From Thermodesulfobacteriota bacterium (lineage in GTDB: Bacteria > Desulfobacterota > Desulfobacteria > Desulfobacterales > SURF-7): a stretch of 32,087 nt of DNA. The position numbers and the translations under genes are program-made. Under the pieces are notes generated by a model, which did not search any database, was not told the DNA's origin, and worked only from the letters and a program-made list of their open reading frames with translations. The stretch lies in assembly GCA_049320885.1 (NCBI GenBank), contig JBMORA010000003.1, positions 1 to 32,087 of the forward strand, in the 5' to 3' direction. Shown here piece by piece: positions 11,380-21,704 of this stretch (within the stretch, counting starts at the first letter, position 1; each line of letters begins with the position of its first letter).

Positions 11380-11814
11380 TCAAAGGTTTTTTGGAAAATT
11401 TTTCACTTTGGAATCCTCGATTATCGGAAGCGAATCATCCGATCGGAGAGCGCCGTCAGCCGTCCTGTTATGCATGGCTTTCATGGAGCAATTCCCATTG
11501 AATTTTACTCCTGCATCGATGGAAATCGTCGGGGCTTGTATATCTCCCATTACGGTGGCGGGAGGATAGACCTCGATGCGGTTTCTGGCATCGATGAAAC
11601 CCGTGACCTTTCCCATAATAATGGCATTGTCCACTTGAATATCCGCGTCGATCACCGCTTTTTCGCCGATGATCACCGTGCCGCCCTCGCTTTCGATTTT
11701 ACCCCGGACACTCCCGTCCAGCCGGATAGTGCCCGAAAATCGTATGGTCCCCTCGATACAGGCGTCCGTACCTAGAAATGTCGTTATCGAATCCTCTTTT
11801 TTCGACCTGCGCAT
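11380..11814 (-). CDS. bactofilin (polymer-forming cytoskeletal protein)
   Basis: TFLG...IEGTI.F.G.IRLDG.V.G.I beta-helix repeats, ending ISIDAGVKFNGNCSM. Confidence 0.9.
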   Translation of the reverse strand: MRRSKKEDSITTFLGTDACIEGTIRFSGTIRLDGSVRGKIESEGGTVIIGEKAVIDADIQVDNAIIMGKVTGFIDARNRIEVYPPATVMGDIQAPTISIDAGVKFNGNCSMKAMHNRTADGALRSDDSLPIIEDSKVKNFPKNL

Positions 11815-11851
11815 TCGTCCTCCTCGTTTGAATTCCTCAAAAAGCCTCTGT

Positions 11852-12958
11852 TCATTCGATGATAAAACGACGCATGCTTACATTCATCAGCAGTCCGATA
11901 CCGATAAGAGAAGTCACCACAGATGACCCGCCATAGCTGATCAGAGGCAACGGGACGCCGACAACCGGCATCAGCCCCATCACCATGCCGACATTGATGA
12001 ACACCTGCCAGAAAAACATCGCCGTAACTCCCACGGATAAAATCGTTCCAAACGGATCCCGGCATCCGTATGCGATCCTCAACCCCCATACGATCAACAG
12101 AAGAAACACCACCAGGACAAAACCGGTGCCGATGAATCCCCATTCTTCCGATAAAACGGAAATGATGAAATCCGTATGGTGCTCGGGCAAAAACGACAAG
12201 GCGTTCTGGGTCCCCTTTAAGAAGCCTTTCCCAACCAATTTTCCGGACCCGATGGCAATTTTAGATTGGATGATATGGTAACCGGATCCCAACGGATCAC
12301 GCTCCGGGTTCAGAAAGGTCTTTATCCGCTCCTGCTGGTATTCCTTCAGAAAAAACGACCAGAGCATCGGCACCATTACGAGGCAGGACACAATGATGCA
12401 GATCAGGGATCGCCGTTCGATCTTGACATAGACGGTCATGGATGCCGCAATCAGCAGCACCAGCATGCCCGTTCCAAGATCCGGCTGTTTGACGATCAGT
12501 AAAAAGGGAAACATCACCAGGATCATGGGCAGGATCAATTCCCGTAACGTGAATCCATTGATATTGGCTCGTTTTGAATAAAATTTCGCCAGAATAACTA
12601 TCACGGCGATTTTCATGGGTTCGGAAGGCTGTAACATCACGGGACCGATGGACAACCACCGTCTCGCCCCCGAGATGTTCCGGCCATGGAGCATCACGGC
12701 AATCAGCAGAACGACCGCGGCAAGATAAATGACGCCCCCCCATCTATCCAACTCTTTGTAATTAAAAATAAAGACCATTATCATGGCCCCCAGCCCGATA
12801 CAACACGAAATCGCCTGTTTCGCCACCAGGGTCCGTTGCACATCGGACGCGCCGGCGGTTACGGCGCTATATAAAATGGTAAGACCCACCGTGGCCAGCA
12901 ACAACGTTAGCCCCAACAACCACCAATCAAAATGTTGAATCAGGCGTCGATCGAACAT
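11852..12958 (-). CDS. rodA: rod shape-determining protein RodA (SEDS)
   Basis: GARRW, QPSE, QPDLGT, LPEHHTDFI, GVPLPLISYGGSS; follows mrdA. Confidence 0.97.
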   Translation of the reverse strand: MFDRRLIQHFDWWLLGLTLLLATVGLTILYSAVTAGASDVQRTLVAKQAISCCIGLGAMIMVFIFNYKELDRWGGVIYLAAVVLLIAVMLHGRNISGARRWLSIGPVMLQPSEPMKIAVIVILAKFYSKRANINGFTLRELILPMILVMFPFLLIVKQPDLGTGMLVLLIAASMTVYVKIERRSLICIIVSCLVMVPMLWSFFLKEYQQERIKTFLNPERDPLGSGYHIIQSKIAIGSGKLVGKGFLKGTQNALSFLPEHHTDFIISVLSEEWGFIGTGFVLVVFLLLIVWGLRIAYGCRDPFGTILSVGVTAMFFWQVFINVGMVMGLMPVVGVPLPLISYGGSSVVTSLIGIGLLMNVSMRRFIIE

Positions 12959-13022
12959 AGGCCCTGTGCTTTCAAGATCAATATATAGATATGATTACCT
13001 GTGGCCATGCGGAGACTCCGTG

Positions 13023-14849
13023 TCATTCGCTTAGATAAAGTTTGATCAATTCCCGCGCCACGGGTCCGGCGGCACTGGACCCATGTTCGCCGTTTTCGAT
13101 CATTACGGCGATGGCAATCCGCGGATTCTCCGAGGGCGCATAGGATACAAACCAGGCGTGAGGCTTCAGATGATCCGGGAGCCTTCCCTTGGAATCCCTC
13201 ACCGCATCCTCCGATTTTCGACTGAATACCTGGGCGGTCCCTGTTTTTCCGCTGACGGATATGTCGGGCAGGCGGGCAGCCGCCCAGGCCGTGCCATACT
13301 GCATATTTACCACCTCCCATAATCCTTTGCGGATGATCTGCAGCGTCCTTTCGCTGACCGGCAGGCGACCGAGGATCTTCACCCGGTTTTTGTCCAGCGT
13401 CATCCCGTCAACCGTTTCCACGGATCGCAAAATGAGCGGTTTTCTTCTGACGCCGTCCAGCCCCACAGCGGCGGTCAAGACCGCCATTTGTAAGGGAGTG
13501 GTCAGATTATACCCCTGCCCGATGGCCACTGACAGGGTTTCCCCCCCCATCCAGGCAACGCCGAACCGTTTGCGTTTCCAGACCTCGGAGGGTATCAATC
13601 CACCGGATTCGTGATCCAGGTCGATCCGTGTCAAATGCCCCAAGCCGCAAGCCCTGGCATACCAGGCCAGACGGTCCACCCCGAGCTTCTGACCCAGCTG
13701 GTAAAAAAAGACATCGCAGGATTTGGCCAAGGCGCCGAACACATTGACAGGACCATGTCCACCCGCCTTCCAGCAACGGAAAGATCGGTTGCCGTAATAA
13801 TAATAACCCGGACAATTGACGGTCGTGTCCGTGTCGATCACCCCTTCTTCCAGTCCCGCCATGGCGGTAACGATTTTATACGTGGAAGCCGGCGGATACT
13901 CCGCCTGGATGGCCTTGTTGGACATCGGTTTCTTCGGGTTGGAAATCAACTCCCGCCAAAGGTCGCGCGACAAGCCACTGACAAATTCGTTCTGATCGAA
14001 AGTCGGACTACTGGCCATGGCCAACACCTCCCCGGTGGCGGGCTCCACTGCCACCACGGCGCCCGTCTTGCCTTGGAGGAGTTCCTCGGCTTTATGTTGC
14101 AAATCCCTGTCGATGGTGAGGACGATGTTGTTACCGGGCACGGCGTCCACGGTCCTGAGGACACGGACCACCTGACCATTGGCATCCACTTCGACCTGCT
14201 GGCCGCCGCGAACACCGCGCAGGATCTCCTCATAGGTCTTCTCCACACCGAATTTCCCGATGAAATCCCCCTGCCGGTTTTTGGGGTATCTGCCGCTTTT
14301 CAATTCATCCGGACTGATTTCACTCATGTATCCTAGGATATGGGCGGCGCTTCTTTCATGGATATAATTTCGCACCGTCCGGATATCCACAACGACCCCC
14401 GGCAGATCATAGGCATGGGCCTTGATCGCCGCCAATGCATCCCGGCCGATATCCCGTTTCAGGAGAAACGGTCTGTAATATGGATGGCTCTTTTTTTCGG
14501 CGACGATATTCCGCAACTCTTCTTCCGGAATGCCGGTATAATTTGCCAGCTTCCGGATGGTTTCCTCGACGGGTTTGGCGTCCTTCAACACAATGCTCAA
14601 ATCAAAGGACGGCCGGTTATCCACCAACAGCCGTTTCTTCCGATCGAATATCGAACCCCGGGGCGCATCGATGTTCTGCAGGCGGATGCAATTGTTATCG
14701 GACAGACGCCGGTATTCATCTCCTTCAATGATTTGCAGGTAAAAAAGACGGGTGATCAGGACCGTAAAGGCAGCAAAGACTACCAGCATGACGCCGTTCA
14801 GTCGTTGTTTATACCATTCTGCGTCGGCGGATTTATAATATCGCTGCAA
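13023..14849 (-). CDS. mrdA: penicillin-binding protein 2
   Basis: APRGSIFDR, STYK (SxxK), SCD, KTGTAQ; TTG start. Confidence 0.96.
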   Translation of the reverse strand: MQRYYKSADAEWYKQRLNGVMLVVFAAFTVLITRLFYLQIIEGDEYRRLSDNNCIRLQNIDAPRGSIFDRKKRLLVDNRPSFDLSIVLKDAKPVEETIRKLANYTGIPEEELRNIVAEKKSHPYYRPFLLKRDIGRDALAAIKAHAYDLPGVVVDIRTVRNYIHERSAAHILGYMSEISPDELKSGRYPKNRQGDFIGKFGVEKTYEEILRGVRGGQQVEVDANGQVVRVLRTVDAVPGNNIVLTIDRDLQHKAEELLQGKTGAVVAVEPATGEVLAMASSPTFDQNEFVSGLSRDLWRELISNPKKPMSNKAIQAEYPPASTYKIVTAMAGLEEGVIDTDTTVNCPGYYYYGNRSFRCWKAGGHGPVNVFGALAKSCDVFFYQLGQKLGVDRLAWYARACGLGHLTRIDLDHESGGLIPSEVWKRKRFGVAWMGGETLSVAIGQGYNLTTPLQMAVLTAAVGLDGVRRKPLILRSVETVDGMTLDKNRVKILGRLPVSERTLQIIRKGLWEVVNMQYGTAWAAARLPDISVSGKTGTAQVFSRKSEDAVRDSKGRLPDHLKPHAWFVSYAPSENPRIAIAVMIENGEHGSSAAGPVARELIKLYLSE

Positions 14850-14908
14850 TTACCCGTTCTCTCTGAAAAAGTCGTTTGCTTGCCATGGTCGCCGGAGGCC
14901 CCGCGACA

Positions 14909-15442
14909 TCATCCGAGGTAATCCTGCCTGCCCGGCGATCTGTCCAGTTGCCAGCCAGCCAGCCTGGTTTGAAGTCGATGGAAAAAATGCAGGAGAAACG
15001 GCCCCGCAATCATGGCCCACGCGGTTTGAATCGTTACGGAGCGGACCACTTCCTCGGTGGGAATTCGCCCGCCGATCCCCATCACCACCGACGAGAACAA
15101 TGTCACCGCGTTTTCCCCTAAAACCCCCGCGCCGATAATGAACGGCATCAACAGAACACTGCCCGCATGAAAATACTGTATCCCCCACTTGGCACCGATA
15201 TACAGCCAGAAATAAATGATCAGATACAACCCGAAGGGGCCGCCGGTGACCGCGTCCATGATCAAACCGATGCAGATGACCGCCGGGATGCCTTCCGAGG
15301 AGGGGCGGAACAGTCCGATGTACGTGACAAAAGGCGTCATCAGGTTGAAAAAATGATACGACAGCAGCACGTCGATGCAAAGGAAGGTCTGGATGATGAG
15401 CAGCAGGGCCGTCATCAGCAGATAAAAAAGAAAAGTGGTCAC
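14909..15442 (-). CDS. mreD: rod shape-determining protein MreD-like membrane protein
   Basis: Multi-TM hydrophobic protein with GLIMDAVTG..FGL motif, between mreC and mrdA; start overlaps the mreC stop. Confidence 0.8.
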   Translation of the reverse strand: MTTFLFYLLMTALLLIIQTFLCIDVLLSYHFFNLMTPFVTYIGLFRPSSEGIPAVICIGLIMDAVTGGPFGLYLIIYFWLYIGAKWGIQYFHAGSVLLMPFIIGAGVLGENAVTLFSSVVMGIGGRIPTEEVVRSVTIQTAWAMIAGPFLLHFFHRLQTRLAGWQLDRSPGRQDYLG

Positions 15443-16272
15443 TTATCTTCTGTCCAGTTGGGGTGATTATAGAGAATGACAAGAACCTCTTCCAGTTTTT
15501 TAAAATCCACGGACGGAGTCACCTCCACATCCTGAAAAATACCGGCATTGCGCCGGACCAGACTGGAAACCTTTCCAACCCTCAATCCCTTTGGATAAAC
15601 CCCATCCAGACCGGAAGTAATGACTATATCTCCGAGCTTCACATCATCTTTCCGCAGCACATATTGAAACTGACAGCGATCCGCGGACTTCCCCTGAACG
15701 ATCCCCCGGGCCCGGGAACGCTGAACCAACGAGTCCACCGCGCTGTTACGATCGATCATCAGCTGGACTTTGGCGTACTGGGCCGTGGACATGACCACCT
15801 GGCCCACGATCCCGTCCGGAATCACCACCGGCAGACCTTTGACCACGCCGGCTCTCTCGCCTTTATCGATGATGATGGACTTGAACCAGTGCGAAGGATC
15901 CTTGCCGACGACTTCCGCCGCGATCACCTGGGCGTCGGTGGTTTTTTTAAAGTCCAAAAATGTTCGCAGACGCTTGTTGGACAGCTCGATTTCAATACAT
16001 TTATTGGCATGTGCGTTGGCCCGACGCAACTGCTTTTTCAGGTTATCGTTTTCATGGGCGGTGGCAATCAGGGAAAAATAGTGCCGCCAGATATCCTGGA
16101 TAAAACGCGTGGATTCGGCGGAAATTTTCTGGACCGGCGCCACAAGGGTGACCATGACGGTATTGCCCCCCTCTGTGTCGGCCGGATATCTGCTGGAAAG
16201 GCTGATCCAGATGAAGCAGCATACCATCAGAACGGTCAGACCAACGGTGATCACCAATTTTTTGGAAAACAT
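15439..16272 (-). CDS. mreC: rod shape-determining protein MreC
   Basis: TM, coiled coil, IIDKG...GIVGQV, TSGLDGVYPKGLRVG. Confidence 0.96.
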   Translation of the reverse strand: MFSKKLVITVGLTVLMVCCFIWISLSSRYPADTEGGNTVMVTLVAPVQKISAESTRFIQDIWRHYFSLIATAHENDNLKKQLRRANAHANKCIEIELSNKRLRTFLDFKKTTDAQVIAAEVVGKDPSHWFKSIIIDKGERAGVVKGLPVVIPDGIVGQVVMSTAQYAKVQLMIDRNSAVDSLVQRSRARGIVQGKSADRCQFQYVLRKDDVKLGDIVITSGLDGVYPKGLRVGKVSSLVRRNAGIFQDVEVTPSVDFKKLEEVLVILYNHPNWTEDK

Positions 16273-16276
16273 GAGG

Positions 16277-17326
<1,050 letters not shown>

Positions 17327-17420
17327 TCATTTTCCGTTATGTGTTATGCGCCAAAACCGATAACCGATCGCTACCAAAAAAAGTCTGATATTACAAGGAG
17401 AAAAGCGGGTATATCCGGCC

Positions 17421-18512
17421 TTACACACTTTTCATGACCGTATCGTGCAAATTCGGGCGAAAGGCCTTGATCCCCTCGTTGGTTCGGGACGGATGGACCC
17501 GGTTGGTCAACAGCACCACGATCACCTCTTTTTCAAGGTCCATCCAGAAGGAGGTCCCCGTAAATCCCAGATGTCCCACCGTCTGTCCGGAAAAATACCG
17601 CCCACTGCTGGAATTCGGTCCGGAGGGACGGTCGAATCCCAGCGGCCGCCCGCCGTCGGGCGGTGGCGTGAGAAATGTGCGGACAACCTCGCGCTGAAAG
17701 ATTCCCCTGTGGTTTCCTCCTGAAAAGCAGGAAGACAGCTCCACCAGCAGCTCGTGGACATTCAAAGCGGTGCCGAAAAGACCGGCATGACCGGCGACTC
17801 CTCCCACGACATAAGCATTGTCGTCATGCACGACGCCCTCGAGCACCTGTTTCCGCCAGGGGCATTTCTCCGTTGCCGCAAAAACGCGTTTTCTTTCATC
17901 CGTTTCCGGCGTAGAAAAAAGATCAATAAAAAAAAGATCATTAAGCCCAAGCGGATGATACACTTCCTCCGTGACAAAGCTGTCCAGGCGCCTGCCGGCG
18001 ATGCTCTCCACTATCCACTGCAATATCATAAACCCCAGGTCGCTGTATACGGTCCGCTGTCCCACGGGATGAACCAATTCCTCTCGGGACAACAATCCCT
18101 TCAAGGCTGCGGAGCGCTCCTTCAGCGGCAATGCCGCGAGTTGCCAATAATATTCCCTGTAATCCGGCAGACCGGAAGTATGGTTCAGTAACTGGCGGAT
18201 CATGATGACCGATTTGGGGGAGGAAGCGAAAGACGTCAGCAGGGGGCCGATGGGATCCGTAAGGAGCAACCGGCGCTGCTGCACCAGCAGCATGACTGCC
18301 GGAGTGGTCGCCAGGGGTTTTGTCAGGGAGGCCAGGTCAAAAATGGTTTCCGGGGTCACCGAAACCCCGCCTGACAAATTGGTTACCCCGTACGCCTCGC
18401 AGAGCTGAATCCGGCCGGCTCGGGAAACAACCAGCACACCGCCGGGGAAAACGCCCTCCGTCACCGCCTGTTTCATCAGCGTATGGGCGTCCTTCATCAA
18501 GTCCGCGGGCAT
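17421..18512 (-). CDS. beta-lactamase-family serine hydrolase (no signal peptide apparent)
   Basis: FDLASLTK (SxxK), YSD, GVVHDDNA, GHAGLF, GHLGFTGTS, LLTNRVHP. Confidence 0.9.
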   Translation of the reverse strand: MPADLMKDAHTLMKQAVTEGVFPGGVLVVSRAGRIQLCEAYGVTNLSGGVSVTPETIFDLASLTKPLATTPAVMLLVQQRRLLLTDPIGPLLTSFASSPKSVIMIRQLLNHTSGLPDYREYYWQLAALPLKERSAALKGLLSREELVHPVGQRTVYSDLGFMILQWIVESIAGRRLDSFVTEEVYHPLGLNDLFFIDLFSTPETDERKRVFAATEKCPWRKQVLEGVVHDDNAYVVGGVAGHAGLFGTALNVHELLVELSSCFSGGNHRGIFQREVVRTFLTPPPDGGRPLGFDRPSGPNSSSGRYFSGQTVGHLGFTGTSFWMDLEKEVIVVLLTNRVHPSRTNEGIKAFRPNLHDTVMKSV

Positions 18513-18566
18513 TCGAATGTCCTCCTTTCACAGGGACTCCCCGGCGTAAAACGGAAATCCAAGCCG

Positions 18567-19526
18567 TCACCTCCCTTGAATCGTGGCGGGCCGGTGATAT
18601 TGCAGAAACCGGCCATCGGCATCCAGGGTCGCGGTCACTCCCAGCGGCAGAGTGAGATTCCTCTTCCCATGTCCGAAGTCGAATCCGGCCAGCATCGGTA
18701 TATTCATGTCGCTGAATACTTTTGTAAAAACCGGATAAATATCCTCTGCGGGACCGCAGTCGGTGAAAGACCCCAGCGCCAGCCCGGCCAAGCCCCTGAA
18801 TATTCCTGCCAGCTTCATCTGGATAAGCATGCGGTCGATCTTATAGGGAGCTTCCTGTACATCTTCCAGAACAAGGATGCAGCCGCCGAGACGCGGTGCA
18901 TGCGGGGTGCCCACCAAATGGCAAAGGGACGCCAGATTGCCCCCCATGACTTTTCCCGACGCCACGCCCGGATTCAGGGTCAGGGGTTTTTCGGGAACGA
19001 CCAGCAGTTTTTCCCGGGGATCAATCGCCTTAAGAAGAGCCTTTTTCGTTTCCGCATCCGCTCTTGCAAGCGTCGTCACCATCGGCCCGTGAAAGACCGC
19101 CATCCGGCCGGACCGGCACAGAAACGCCAGCAGTACCGTGATATCGCTGAATCCGACAACCATTTTCGGATTGCCGCGGATGAGTTCCAGATCCAGAAGA
19201 TCGAGAAGGTGGATGGAACCGAATCCCCCCCGGGCACACATGATGGCGTTCACATCCTTGTCGGCAAACAACCGGTTCAAGATGGCGGCGCGGTGGGTGT
19301 CGTCGCCGGCAAGATACCCCTCCCTGCGATCCAGTCCGTCCGGGACCTTGATCCGGAAGCCCATTTCTCGCAACACGTCGAGACCCTTGTCGAATTTCTG
19401 TCGGTCAAAGGGCCCCGCCGGCGCGGCGATACCGATGGTATCCCCCCGGGACAGGTTTCGCGGCCGACGAATCCGGTCCCGTGTTGGCTTCATGCGGCTC
19501 TGCCGCTTCTCGGCTAGCGAATTCAT
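18567..19526 (-). CDS. LD-carboxypeptidase (peptidase S66)
   Basis: ARGGFG, VGFSDIT (catalytic Ser), GGNL, LED, FGHG. Start is ATG 19526 or 19493; the ORF-track start overlaps the tRNA. Confidence 0.92.
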   Translation of the reverse strand: MNSLAEKRQSRMKPTRDRIRRPRNLSRGDTIGIAAPAGPFDRQKFDKGLDVLREMGFRIKVPDGLDRREGYLAGDDTHRAAILNRLFADKDVNAIMCARGGFGSIHLLDLLDLELIRGNPKMVVGFSDITVLLAFLCRSGRMAVFHGPMVTTLARADAETKKALLKAIDPREKLLVVPEKPLTLNPGVASGKVMGGNLASLCHLVGTPHAPRLGGCILVLEDVQEAPYKIDRMLIQMKLAGIFRGLAGLALGSFTDCGPAEDIYPVFTKVFSDMNIPMLAGFDFGHGKRNLTLPLGVTATLDADGRFLQYHRPATIQGR

Positions 19527-19554
19527 TGCAATCCACTTTCTTGTCAGGTATTGC

Positions 19555-19583
19555 TTGACAGACAATATCGATGGTGTTAGGAA
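19555..19583 (+). promoter_or_regulatory. tRNA-Pro promoter
   Basis: TTGACA, 17 bp spacer ending in TGn, TAGGAA, 13 nt before the tRNA. Confidence 0.6.
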
Positions 19584-19595
19584 GCAAAGTCTCAG

Positions 19596-19674
<79 letters not shown>

Positions 19675-19684
19675 CAAAAACATT

Positions 19685-19714
19685 GGGTTACGGGTCAACC
19701 GCAACCCTTTTTTT
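19685..19714 (+). terminator. intrinsic terminator after the tRNA
   Basis: GGGTTACGG-GTCAA-CCGCAACCC followed by T7. Confidence 0.75.
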
Positions 19715-19887
19715 ATTCCGTTTTTATCGGGGCGCCAACCGGTCACCCCATATCGGCCAAATCGCCACGGCTGTTGCCGGGTTCTTCCTTCCTGAACCAC
19801 CCCGCATACAAATATAGAAAAGTACCACATTTTGCAAGACCGGTTTCGGCTTCCATCGCAAACCCCATAACCCACCGCTGGCGGAAG

Positions 19888-20634
19888 CTATTTCCGTTGC
19901 CCCCGAAGCGTTTGGACGCTGTAGCCCCAACCCTTGCATGACGGCACGTCGATCAGAATCAGTTCAGCCGGCTGCTCTGCCTTGAGAACCAGCGGCGTGT
20001 CGATGTCGATCCGGGCCTGGTCCTTGCTTTTCAGGAGCTCTCCATTTGCCGAGACCCTCCCCGCGGTCAGGTAGACAAAAAGCCGGCGGCCGGCAGTCGC
20101 CTCCTGGACCACCCCCTTACCTTCATCCAGGGCACATCGGTATATCGTGGCATCTGTGTGGAAAGTCACCGTTCCCGGGATGTTCCGGCCGGAAGCCACC
20201 GGCAGCAGCCGGTTCCGCCACTCGTCGGCGACGTATTGCTTCTGGTCGTAGGTCGGCTTCAGCCCGCGCTTGTCGGGAAATATCCAGATCTGATAGAAAT
20301 GCACAGGTTTGTCGGCCAGATTGAACTCGGAATGGGTGAGACCAGTTCCCGCCGACATGCGTTGGACATCGCCGGCTTTGATGACGGTTTTGTTTCCCAT
20401 GCTGTCCTGGTGAGTCATTTCCCCGTCCAGCACGATCGTGACGATCTCCATTTCCTCGTGGGGGTGGGTCGGGAACCCTGCACCGGGTTGCACAACGTCG
20501 TCGTTGAACACCCGAAGCGCCCCGAACTGGATGTTGTGCGGGTCAAAATAATCCGCAAACGAAAACAACCAATAAGTCTGCAACCATCCAAAATCCGTGA
20601 AATGCCGCCTATCGGCCCTGATGATCTCGATCAT
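19888..20634 (-). CDS. pirin family protein (YhhW-like bicupin)
   Basis: FGALRVFNDD, GFPTHPH, EIVT, HQDSMGN, MSAGTGLTHSE, QIW. SD GGAG favours ATG 20634. Confidence 0.93.
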   Translation of the reverse strand: MIEIIRADRRHFTDFGWLQTYWLFSFADYFDPHNIQFGALRVFNDDVVQPGAGFPTHPHEEMEIVTIVLDGEMTHQDSMGNKTVIKAGDVQRMSAGTGLTHSEFNLADKPVHFYQIWIFPDKRGLKPTYDQKQYVADEWRNRLLPVASGRNIPGTVTFHTDATIYRCALDEGKGVVQEATAGRRLFVYLTAGRVSANGELLKSKDQARIDIDTPLVLKAEQPAELILIDVPSCKGWGYSVQTLRGQRK

Positions 20635-20650
20635 ACGCCACTCCATTTTA

Positions 20651-20673
20651 GGGGTCAGGTCTACACTTTTGAC
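20651..20673 (+). repeat. left terminal inverted repeat
   Basis: GGGGTCAGGTCTACACTTTTGAC. Confidence 0.92.
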
Positions 20674-21605
20674 TTAATTTTTTCTACTATAATTTCAATT
20701 TCTTGAAAAAGACCTTTATCCTCCAGAATTTGCCTGCCCAGTCGCCGACTGGCCTGGGAGACAGCCGACTCACCAATCCCGAAATGACTGCCGATTTCCC
20801 GCAACGGTTTCCCAGAATATCGATGACTCACATAGAGAGCAATCCGTTTCGACAAATACCGATCCATCCCGAATCGATCGTCAACCGCTTTTATGATTAC
20901 CGGAATGCCGGGCCTCTCGATCATTTTTCCAATGGCCGGGATATCCCGTTCCTCTTCTCTACCCTGAAGATGACGATCTTTTACCTCCTGGATAAAATTT
21001 TCATCCCCCAGTATCGTGGCCGCGTAAACCCCATCCAGAGGATTGTAGTGTTCTTCTTTGATCATCTTATTGACGAACGATCGATATTGTTTCCGTGCGT
21101 TCAAGTCCTTTTCGCCCATATATCCGAGGATAAAGCCGCATTTGAGCCACGCCGGCGGTTTTGTCTTTCCGATATAGGCGGCGTAACTGGACCACTGGTA
21201 TTGTTCCGGCTTTTCTACGATTCCGGCCCTCACGGGATTCAAATGAATATATCGTGATAATTCGGTGGCATAAGAATCACCGTCTATCAGGTAGGCCTTA
21301 TACCGCCCCTGGAAAAGATGCCCGGATCGTTTGTGCTTGGTGTTGAAATAGGTTGTGTAAGCTCCGTTGATATGCCGCATTATCCGGGACAGATTTCCGG
21401 CCGGCGTCTCCAACAAAATATGGAAATGGTTGTTCATAAGGCAGTAGACATGGATGACGGCCTGGTATCGTTCGGTGGCGGTTGCAAGATAGATTAAAAA
21501 CCGTTCGCGATCCCGGTCGCTTTTAAATATGGCTTTGCGCTCGTTACCCCGGCTGGTAACATGGTAATAGGCACCTGGATATTGGATTCTCAAGGGTCGG
21601 GCCAT
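20661..21605 (-). CDS. RAYT/IS200-superfamily Y1 transposase with C-terminal HTH
   Basis: MARPLR..PGAYYHVTSRGN, YCLMNNHFH (HUH), GHLFQGRY, RYIHLNPVRAG (catalytic Tyr), WSSY; C-terminal LREIGSHFGIGESAVSQ HTH. Confidence 0.93.
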   Translation of the reverse strand: MARPLRIQYPGAYYHVTSRGNERKAIFKSDRDRERFLIYLATATERYQAVIHVYCLMNNHFHILLETPAGNLSRIMRHINGAYTTYFNTKHKRSGHLFQGRYKAYLIDGDSYATELSRYIHLNPVRAGIVEKPEQYQWSSYAAYIGKTKPPAWLKCGFILGYMGEKDLNARKQYRSFVNKMIKEEHYNPLDGVYAATILGDENFIQEVKDRHLQGREEERDIPAIGKMIERPGIPVIIKAVDDRFGMDRYLSKRIALYVSHRYSGKPLREIGSHFGIGESAVSQASRRLGRQILEDKGLFQEIEIIVEKIKSKV

Positions 21606-21648
21606 GGAGTTGCCTCATGGTGGCATCTGGTTCATCTGAAGCGGAATC

Positions 21649-21677
21649 ACTCTATGGCAATCCGGCAGGTTTGTCAA
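21649..21677 (-). promoter_or_regulatory. putative transposase promoter
   Basis: TTGACA (21677-21672, mostly inside the right TIR), 17 bp spacer, TAGAGT (21654-21649). Confidence 0.6.
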
Positions 21678-21695
21678 GAGTGTAGACCTGACCCC
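21673..21695 (-). repeat. right terminal inverted repeat
   Basis: GTCAAGAGTGTAGACCTGACCCC; reverse complement is GGGGTCAGGTCTACACTCTTGAC. Confidence 0.92.
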
Positions 21696-21704
21696 AAAAA
21701 GATC

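Larger units (their letters stand above)
20651..21695 (-). mobile_element. 1045-bp TIR-bounded Y1 (HUH) tyrosine transposase element (TIRYT-like)
   Basis: 23-bp inverted repeats matching at 22/23 enclose a single RAYT-like transposase gene; appears more AT-rich than the downstream signalling genes; no target-site duplication visible. Confidence 0.85.

Noticed and set aside
14850..15482. 210-aa alternative-frame ORF over mreD
   Set aside because: The 14909-15442 frame is hydrophobic, MreD-like and coupled to mreC; this frame has implausible composition.
20669..20693. Antisense promoter from the left TIR (TTGACT ... TATAAT)
   Set aside because: Spacer is only 13 bp, too short for sigma70.
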